A stretch of DNA of 11,926 nt from contig JBCCQY010000223.1 of NCBI GenBank assembly GCA_039208735.1, positions 1-11,926 of the forward strand, in the 5' to 3' direction. Under the pieces are notes generated by a model, which was not told the origin of the DNA, made no database searches, and saw only the letters and a list, made by a program, of their open reading frames with translations. The translations under genes and the position numbers were made by a program. The stretch is from Myxococcota bacterium (lineage in GTDB: Bacteria > Myxococcota_A > UBA796 > GCA-2862545). Of this stretch, positions 6,201 to 11,926 are shown in pieces (within the stretch, counting starts at the first letter, position 1; every line of letters starts with the position of its first letter).

Positions 6201-9200
6201 CCCAGCAAGCCCTCGAGTCCTACCGCCGCGCCGCCGATGCAGACCCCGCCTCCGCGCCGGCCGCCGATGCGGTGGCCCGACTGCTGCGCGACGATCCCAA
6301 TGGACGCCGAGAGTTCTGGAAGCTGCGCCATGAGCGGGCCACCTTGCCGGCCGAGCGTCGGTATCTGGCCCTTCAGCTCGCCGAAGCGGCCGACCTGGCC
6401 AGCGACCATACCCAAGCGAAGACGCTTTACCAGCAGGTGTTGGAAGGCGACCGCCAAGATACGGCCGCCGAGGTCGCGGTGGGAGGTCTTGAGCGCCTCC
6501 TCCTCGAAACCGGTGACCGACCTGGGCTCTCGGCTCTGCGTCGGGCCCAGGCGCAGGTCACCGAAAATCCGTCCGAACGGGCGCTGTTCCTTCGTGAAGC
6601 GGCCAACCCGCCTCCCCCACCCCCTAGCGATCCGGGCGAACGCGACGCGGCCATCTCGGACCTTCAGCTGGCCCTTGATGCCGAGCCGGACAGCTTGTCG
6701 ACGCTGGCTCAGATCACGGTCCTGCTCCATCGAGCCGAAGACTGGCGAAAGCTCGCCGAAGTGCTCCGTTCGGCTGGCTCGGCGACCGACGATCAGCAGC
6801 GACGCGCCGCCCACCTCTACCGAGCCGGTCGCATCTTTGCCGACCGCGTTCGCGATGATGCGACGGCCCGAACGTGCCTACGCCAAGCGCTGCTCGCAGA
6901 TCCCACATTCCGTCCTGCGCGCTGGCTCCTCCGCGCCGTCTCCGGCCCCTCCGAGGCAGCAGGTGACGCCAACGTGTACCGGGAGGAAGCGAAGCACGCC
7001 GAGGGACGCTCCGAGCGCGCCTGGGGCTTGTTTGCTGCTGCCGAGGCCTCAGGGCCCGGACCAGCCGCACGCCGCGATCTGCAGCGGATCTTGACCGATA
7101 ACCCCGATCATCTCGGTGCATTGGCCGCCCTCGAAGTGCAATGCATCGCCGACGGCGACGAAGAAGCGCTGACCCAGATCTACCTGCGCTCCCTCGAAGG
7201 CGCTCCGACAACCACGAAGGCCCGAATTGGCGCGCGTGCTGCGGTGCTCCTCGCCCGCTCGGGAAAGGCCGCTCGAGCGCTCGAAGTGCTGCGCCGGATT
7301 CATCGCATGCCCGTTGAAGGATCGCCGCTACGGGCGTGCGCCCGCATGGCTTTGCGCCTGGGTGCGCAAGATCTGGCGTTGGAACTCCTCGAAGGCCTCG
7401 ACACGGTCGAAGACGCCGGCGAACGCGCGCGCCTGGAAGCCGCCGCCGGCCGTCCGTCCGAAGCATTGCCCCGCTTCCTCTCGCTCATCGATCGCGCCGG
7501 CGAACCTCTTGGGGTGGCCGCTCGGGCGGCCGCGATGGCGCAGCAGATCGGTGACAACGATGCGATGTTGCGGGCGTACTCGACCATTGCCCGTCAAGCA
7601 TCGAAGTCACCGTTGTCCGCAGCCTACGGCTCGTGGACGGGCATGAATCTGCAGAGCAACGGCAACGACGCCGAGGCACTCGAATTCTGGCTCATCTCGC
7701 ATCGCGCGGCGCCCGGATCCCAACGAACCCTCGAAGGCGTCATCCGAGGTCTGGTGGCCAACGCCGACACCGAAGGTCTGATGCGAGAGCTGGCCAACGA
7801 ACCGCCCGAAGGTTTGGCCGAAGCACTCGCGGACGCGGGACAACCGGGGCAAGCCGCCGCAGCATTGTACGAAGCCCTGCCCACGTTCGCCGACGATCCG
7901 GCGCGTACGTTCGTGGCGACGGTGCTGCTCGAGCAGCTGTTCGAGGAAGCAGGCGACTGGCCCATGGCCTACGACATGCTGACCCGGCGCCGAGCCTCGA
8001 CGAACGATCCGCGTACCGTCGGGCTCGCTGACGACAAGATCCGCTTCGTGCTCGCCGAGCACCTGCCCGAGACCGATGCGGCGTGGGAGCTGTACCGCCA
8101 GCTGCACGACGCAAGCCCCGCCGACCGGGACGTCACCGAGTCGCTCGCTCGAATTGCGGGGGCCCGTGGCGAAGTCGGCATGGCGATCGAGTTTCTGAAC
8201 GAGCTTTCCGAAACGGCGACCTCCGCCCCGGAGTCGGCTCGATACCAGCGACGCATCGGCGAGGTCTACGAGCGGGCGAATCAGCCGAAGAACAGCCGTG
8301 ACGCCTACCTTAGGGCGCTCGAGTACGTGCCTAACGACACCGACGCGCTGGGAGGCCTCAAGCGCCTTGCCGAGCAGCAGCAGGACTGGCCCGAACTCGT
8401 CAACGTACTCACGCGTGAAGCGAGCCTGGCAGAAGGCCTCTCGAAGCTCGAGCTACGCCGCCGCATTGCACAGGTCATCGAAGACCACATGGACCGGGTC
8501 AGCGAGGCGATGGACGCCTGGCGCGCGGTCGTTGATCTGTCGCCGCGCGACGAGCAAGCACTTCGCCATCTCCTGGAGCTTTCGGAACAGAGCGCCCAGT
8601 GGGAAGTCTTCGTGACGACCGGGGAATCGCTCGCGGAACTGCTGTCGGGCCCCGATCGCGCCGCACTGCTGCGGCGTGTGGGCATTGCCTGTGAAGACCA
8701 CCTGGGGCGCTCGGATGCGGCCGTCTTCTACCAGAAGGCCGTGGCGGTGGTGCCTCCCGACGCCATTGCGGCCCAGCGCCTCGAAAAGGCAGCGCGATCC
8801 AGGGCGGATTGGTCTGCCGCGGTGCGTGCCCTATCGCTACAGGCCGAAGCCGAGATCGCTGACGACGAACGGGTCGCGGCGCTCCGTGCCGCAGCGGAAA
8901 TCGAAGTCGAACTCCGCCACGATCGCGAAAGTGCAGCCCAGTTCTACCGGCGCATCCTCGATCTCGAACCGACGCACGAACCCTCGCTTCGGTTCATGGC
9001 GCAGCACCTGTTCGAGGCCGGACAGTACGCCCAGGCGATGCCGATCTGCCAGCGGCTTGAGCCCGTGGTGGAGCGAGGCCAAGATCTCGACGACTTCGAC
9101 GTCCGAATGGACCTGTCGAACTTCTACTTCTCGTTTGCCGAAATGCTTCGCTTCCAAGGCGACCATTCCGAGGCGTTGCCGCGCTACGAGCGCACGCTCG

Positions 9201-9949
9201 AGCTAAACCCGACGCACCTTCCGAGCCTCGAAGCGGTGGGGCCGCTGTACACCGAAAGTGAACAGTGGAAGCAAGCCGAACGCGTCTACCGCTCGCTGCT
9301 CCAGCTGTCTGGGGGCACCGGCGATCGCCAGAAGGTCGCCACGACCTACACCGCACTGGGACTCGTCGAACGCCGCCTTGGCAACACCGACAAGGCCTAC
9401 AAGCGCTTCAACAAGGCGCTGGAACTCCACGCGAATCACGTGGGGGCGCTGAAGGGCATGGCGCTCGTGCTCGAGGACCGAGCAGACTGGAGCAACCTGC
9501 TCAACGTCTACAACAACATCATCTACCATGCCTCGGTGCCCGAAGACGTGGTCGATGCCTACATGACGAAGGGACGCATCCTCGATGTGCAACTCGATCG
9601 TCAGGACAAGGCGGCCCAGCACTACCAGCGTTCCCTGGATTTCGACCCCAACCAGCCTGTAGCCCTGCTTCGTTTGGCCGAACTCGCGATGCGTCGCAAC
9701 GCCTACCGTGAGGCAGGAGACCTCGCAGAGAAGGCGCTGCAGCTCGATGCCGACTTGGTCCAGCCGCACCGCGCTCCGCTGCTCCTGGTGAGGGCCGCGG
9801 CATGGCAGAGTGTGGGGCGGACGAAAGAAGCCGAGCGCTGCCTGCGCGAGGCGCGCGTCCTCGATTCGGGGCTCGTCCGCAACCTCGGCGACGAGCCACT
9901 GGCCGATCTGAACGGTCTGCGCGAAGCGGTCTACGGCTACCTGCCGTAG
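3206..9949 (+). CDS. Giant tetratricopeptide-repeat (alpha-solenoid) protein with ~670-aa Pro/acidic disordered N-terminus; resembles myxobacterial AgmK/GltI-class TPR proteins (2247 aa)
   Basis: GTG start after GGGGGG. No signal peptide or TM segment. From ~5222 onward there are recurring TPR units, e.g. AYLRALEYVPNDTDALGGL, FYRRILDLEPTHEPSL, YERTLELNPTHLPSL, FNKALELHANHVGAL, YQRSLDFDPNQPVAL. Confidence 0.88.
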   Translation: MGNKKHDREVEADFFGDDDLGWLDDDEQDEGSAAEKQSASKADTVLFSSQATLPPGPATTPPTPPPMAPPALPDEAPPPLPPSAAASPDLPPPAPEVAPAPAPPPLPVTPEPPVPPPAPSADPFASAPATSEPVAPPAGLPAAAAALPPPFSARPQPRTAASLGAEPEPPKAPAPPPPPPSLTAASVVPSKPDDVAPPRPAESPSLSLDPEVPIEHDAPNPFAAPDANWLDTATDEAFSIAPPPAPVPQSRESEFRTFDLAPDLLPDDDEDDAPLPPQDDEPTANDETPLDPPFGEIEEPTAVDLQDEPTFSDVDDVPVPAANPFEAAAPAATTPSLFAPTPPVVPEAPSNPFEASEPVAEASPFEPAPEHETITNPFESAEPVAAANPFEPAPEPVPSPFEPSQEPAADPTPPLESSSVPLPDPEPRRPAAPNPTIAFAIGSDDPDDENPPLPVEEPTATDEPEDEDPRVAAPTVAFTRAPVDEAAPTVPFAVKAKAPEPEPEPVDDEPTADEPIPEIEPVTEVEPELVAAHDDAEPDEDMPELSEETGPEVLRPLPEAVTARPTPPPTQKLPTAEGPAPVRLNQPTESFKVSHEPARARVVGVAPQPRTSIPERSAPPSPPTEEAPSLKRGATPATAPRLPDVQPATSVSARPKAPQATAPLAQPRKPNPDAWRKIISLLVAEYGAEDLRNPSSTLDKSIYLERATRIAAHQVGDLERAVELYERAREAGRKTSVLLRTHAEVLGRLHRYSEQLTLLAELGDMLEGPARAGALLEAGLVAWRRLNQPEDAVQHLRRAAAAEPRNYTARALLRALLPRIPGVDPAERLKLLDELAELGEGGIAADMYVEAATVADEAGDAKGGRQRLRKALAAEPGHTSAFLRLEQALFPDPPALAELYRTEANRPGQIEAGWWHAEAARAYQRAGMMEEAVAGFNAAVSGGYPYALRELQGGYIQNGSWTELEDALSREADALGPEDGQAYTLYRLGWLRESRLDAPQQALESYRRAADADPASAPAADAVARLLRDDPNGRREFWKLRHERATLPAERRYLALQLAEAADLASDHTQAKTLYQQVLEGDRQDTAAEVAVGGLERLLLETGDRPGLSALRRAQAQVTENPSERALFLREAANPPPPPPSDPGERDAAISDLQLALDAEPDSLSTLAQITVLLHRAEDWRKLAEVLRSAGSATDDQQRRAAHLYRAGRIFADRVRDDATARTCLRQALLADPTFRPARWLLRAVSGPSEAAGDANVYREEAKHAEGRSERAWGLFAAAEASGPGPAARRDLQRILTDNPDHLGALAALEVQCIADGDEEALTQIYLRSLEGAPTTTKARIGARAAVLLARSGKAARALEVLRRIHRMPVEGSPLRACARMALRLGAQDLALELLEGLDTVEDAGERARLEAAAGRPSEALPRFLSLIDRAGEPLGVAARAAAMAQQIGDNDAMLRAYSTIARQASKSPLSAAYGSWTGMNLQSNGNDAEALEFWLISHRAAPGSQRTLEGVIRGLVANADTEGLMRELANEPPEGLAEALADAGQPGQAAAALYEALPTFADDPARTFVATVLLEQLFEEAGDWPMAYDMLTRRRASTNDPRTVGLADDKIRFVLAEHLPETDAAWELYRQLHDASPADRDVTESLARIAGARGEVGMAIEFLNELSETATSAPESARYQRRIGEVYERANQPKNSRDAYLRALEYVPNDTDALGGLKRLAEQQQDWPELVNVLTREASLAEGLSKLELRRRIAQVIEDHMDRVSEAMDAWRAVVDLSPRDEQALRHLLELSEQSAQWEVFVTTGESLAELLSGPDRAALLRRVGIACEDHLGRSDAAVFYQKAVAVVPPDAIAAQRLEKAARSRADWSAAVRALSLQAEAEIADDERVAALRAAAEIEVELRHDRESAAQFYRRILDLEPTHEPSLRFMAQHLFEAGQYAQAMPICQRLEPVVERGQDLDDFDVRMDLSNFYFSFAEMLRFQGDHSEALPRYERTLELNPTHLPSLEAVGPLYTESEQWKQAERVYRSLLQLSGGTGDRQKVATTYTALGLVERRLGNTDKAYKRFNKALELHANHVGALKGMALVLEDRADWSNLLNVYNNIIYHASVPEDVVDAYMTKGRILDVQLDRQDKAAQHYQRSLDFDPNQPVALLRLAELAMRRNAYREAGDLAEKALQLDADLVQPHRAPLLLVRAAAWQSVGRTKEAERCLREARVLDSGLVRNLGDEPLADLNGLREAVYGYLP
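4253..4430 (+). repeat. Intragenic degenerate tandem repeat, 5 x ~12 codons ([NS]PFE unit)
   Basis: NPFEASEPVAEA / SPFEPAPEHETIT / NPFESAEPVAAA / NPFEPAPEPVP / SPFEPSQEPAA, units starting at 4256, 4292, 4331, 4367, 4400. Confidence 0.75.
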
Positions 9950-9956
9950 ACGAGGG

Positions 9957-10775
9957 CTACTGTCGGGTTTCGAGCGGGTCGGCGATGGACCCGCCGCTGA
10001 ACCACGACAACACAGCGGCGCCAATCGCGAGCGAACTCGCAACCACCAAGACCACGCTGCCGAGTACCGGCACGATGGTCAGCATCCCCATCATGACGAT
10101 GCCGAAAAGCACGGCCACCCACTGGCTGCGGGCCGTCTGACCGAGGTCGACGCGGCTGCCAATCGCATGGGAGAGGCCCACGATCCCAAGCAGCCAAGCG
10201 ACGCCCAAGACCCCAAGGAGCAGCAAACTGATGGGAGCCCCGAAGCCGATCGTGAGGGCGGCGAACATCATGCTGAACAGCACCACGAAGCCGCCGGTGA
10301 ACAGCCCCACGGCCCCGGAACGCAACGGGTTGGACTCGAGCGCCTCCGCCACCCTGCGAACCTGGGTGGGGAAGACCCCACTCACGAGCACCGCCGCGCT
10401 GGCCACGACAAGGAGCCACACGACTTGCTGGTAAATGGAGCGCGCGACCACGAGGGGCTGTGGCTCGGGGTTCACCGCACCGATGGGGTCGTCGACGGTG
10501 ACCCGGTTGCCCACAATGTTGGCCCCCCGGGCGCTGCCCCCGATGACCACCGCGTTGCCCACGCTTCCGGCATCAGCGGTCCGTACGTTGCCACCGATGG
10601 CGATCGCATCGCCCTCGACCACTCCACGGACTTCGATGTCGCCGCCAACGACAATGACATCCTTGGCGCGTTCGTCGGCCTGAACAGTGACATCCCGACC
10701 GACCTCCCAACGTGTGCCCACGTAGGTCGGTTCAGGCTCGGCGGCCGAAGCCGCGGCGATCATCCACAGCATCAT
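9957..10775 (-). CDS. Membrane protein with extracytoplasmic bactofilin-like (polymer-forming cytoskeletal family) beta-helix and ~5 TM helices (272 aa)
   Basis: Short signal peptide MMLWMIAAASA|AE; V/I/G-rich beta-solenoid repeats (DVIVVGGDIEVRGVVEGDAIAIGGNVRTADAGSVGNAVVIGG); five hydrophobic segments in the C-terminal half; ATGA overlap with the upstream gene at 10772-10775. Confidence 0.82.
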   Translation of the reverse strand: MMLWMIAAASAAEPEPTYVGTRWEVGRDVTVQADERAKDVIVVGGDIEVRGVVEGDAIAIGGNVRTADAGSVGNAVVIGGSARGANIVGNRVTVDDPIGAVNPEPQPLVVARSIYQQVVWLLVVASAAVLVSGVFPTQVRRVAEALESNPLRSGAVGLFTGGFVVLFSMMFAALTIGFGAPISLLLLGVLGVAWLLGIVGLSHAIGSRVDLGQTARSQWVAVLFGIVMMGMLTIVPVLGSVVLVVASSLAIGAAVLSWFSGGSIADPLETRQ

Positions 10776-11254
10776 GCCGTCCTCCGACCAAACCAGCGCA
10801 TGCCCCCGGCCGCAAACCGCAGGGTCCCTAACCCCCCAATCAAGGCCAGCATGACGAGGGCCGCCTGCTCACCGAGCGACAATGTCGACGTGAGCCCTTC
10901 GAGGACCGAAGACGTGGCATGGGCGAACGTGAAGGAGTCGACCACAGGGGTCACCGGCCCTTCTACGAGCCAAATGAGACTCGCCGCCGCGATGAGCAGC
11001 CCGATCCCCACGCCAAACTCCACGGCGGGGAACCGCGGTCGATTCAGCTCGGCGAGGACGTTCGCCTTGAAGGTCTCGGGCAATTCCGGATCCTCGACCG
11101 ACGCAAAGGCAAGACCAAGCGGTTCGATCGCGGCAGCTCGATTCGCGCAAAACGAGCACTCGTCGATGTGGGTCGCAACCTGGACCGCACGTTCTTCATC
11201 AAGATCTCCAAGAACGAAGCATTCAAGGACATCATCAGGGATGTGAAGGCTCAT
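10772..11254 (-). CDS. Zinc-binding anti-sigma factor (ZAS / zf-HC2), RsiW-like N-terminus, two TM helices (160 aa)
   Basis: HxxxCxxC motif (HIDECSFC) preceded by FVLGDLDEE; PETFKANVLAEL; TM segments FGVGIGLLIAAASLIWLV and AALVMLALIGGLGTL; ATGA overlap with the sigma gene at 11251-11254. Confidence 0.9.
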   Translation of the reverse strand: MSLHIPDDVLECFVLGDLDEERAVQVATHIDECSFCANRAAAIEPLGLAFASVEDPELPETFKANVLAELNRPRFPAVEFGVGIGLLIAAASLIWLVEGPVTPVVDSFTFAHATSSVLEGLTSTLSLGEQAALVMLALIGGLGTLRFAAGGMRWFGRRTA

Positions 11255-11817
11255 GGTGCGTCGCCTCCCCGTTCCTCGTAGGCAAGCCGCAGCTTCTTCC
11301 TGGCGCGGAACAACCGGTTCATCACCGTGCCCATGGGAAGATCCAGAACTTCGGCGATCTCGGTGTATTTCTTGTGTTCGAAGTGGTAGAGCACGATGAC
11401 CTCCCGATACATCGGGGGAAGGTCTTGCAAGGCTTCTTCCAGCATTTCGGCCCGTTGTTGGCGAGCCGCAATCTGGAGAGGTGAGGGATTGCCATCGTCA
11501 GCGATTTCTTTGGCTTCGCGCGACGGACGACGGCGGCGTCGGCGATGCTCGTCGATGCAAGTGTTCCTGGCAATTTGGAACACCCAAGTGGCGAAGGGTC
11601 TTCCCGGGTCGTACCGATGAAGGTTGCGCAGCACCTTCACCATGGTGTCCTGGGCGGCATCGTGGCCGTCCTGATCATGGCACAGCATGCGACGACAAAA
11701 GCGGTAAACCGGACCACTCCATTTGTCGATGAGCCAGGCACGGGCCGACGGATCGCCGTCCTGGGCGGCCAGGATCCGGTCAAGCTCGTCGTCGTCCCGT
11801 CCATCGTGAAGTCGCAA
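11251..11817 (-). CDS. ECF RNA polymerase sigma factor, SigW/RpoE-like (188 aa)
   Basis: Region 2 (VYRFCRRML..DAAQDTMVK..FATWVFQIARNTCID) and region 4 HTH (YTEIAEVLDLPMGTVMNRLFRARKKL); TTG start; adjacent ZAS anti-sigma gene. Confidence 0.95.
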   Translation of the reverse strand: MRLHDGRDDDELDRILAAQDGDPSARAWLIDKWSGPVYRFCRRMLCHDQDGHDAAQDTMVKVLRNLHRYDPGRPFATWVFQIARNTCIDEHRRRRRRPSREAKEIADDGNPSPLQIAARQQRAEMLEEALQDLPPMYREVIVLYHFEHKKYTEIAEVLDLPMGTVMNRLFRARKKLRLAYEERGGDAP

Positions 11818-11855
11818 GGCCAGCAGAGTCTGCTCCGGTCGAGAGTCGATGGGGG

Positions 11856-11882
11856 TACGAGGGGCCCCGATCGACTATTTCA
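11856..11882 (-). promoter_or_regulatory. SigW-type ECF promoter, probably autoregulatory
   Basis: TGAAAT (11882-11877), 17-nt spacer, CGTA (11859-11856), 38 nt upstream of the sigma start. Close to the Bacillus SigW consensus TGAAAC-N16/17-CGTA. Confidence 0.72.
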
Positions 11883-11920
11883 CGCCTCAGCACATTGTCT
11901 GCTACTCTGGACTGGAGGAG
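11879..11920 (+). promoter_or_regulatory. Putative divergent promoter and ribosome-binding site for a gene beginning at or after the right edge
   Basis: TTCACG (11879-11884), 18-nt spacer, extended -10 TG-C-TACTCT (11900-11908), then GGAGGAG (11914-11920), 6 nt before the window end. Confidence 0.45.
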
Positions 11921-11926
11921 TACAGG

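Noticed and set aside
3362..6814. 1150-aa antisense ORF (and the 479-, 262- and 217-aa minus-strand ORFs over 3066-4773)
   Set aside because: Shadows of the TPR gene; high GC and codon bias suppress antisense stops, and the translations are Gly/Arg-rich with no recognisable domain.
10167..11246. 359-aa plus-strand ORF
   Set aside because: Antisense to the anti-sigma and membrane-protein genes, which have clear motifs and coupled starts and stops.
11822..11834. AGCAGA-G-TCTGCT palindrome in the sigma leader
   Set aside because: Only 6-bp arms; could arise by chance and has no second copy, though it might modulate the weak TTG start.

Overview
GC-rich bacterial chromosomal segment, most likely from a Myxococcota-like organism (inferred from the giant TPR protein and the OMP architecture). 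Left: the end of a probable integrative element, with a tyrosine integrase (-) directly downstream of a tRNA-Thr(CGT) gene (-). That tRNA has an atypical G2-C71 acceptor pair. Middle (+): a secreted protein with a C-terminal 8-stranded outer-membrane beta-barrel, then a 2247-aa TPR/alpha-solenoid protein whose ~670-aa disordered N-terminus is built from recurring short motifs (NPF/SPF/DPF, EPTxxD, PTVxF). Right (-): a translationally coupled operon of a SigW-like ECF sigma factor, a zinc anti-sigma factor and a beta-helix membrane protein, preceded by a SigW-type promoter. The last two genes look like a split RsiW. All family assignments come from reading motifs by eye; no searches were run.
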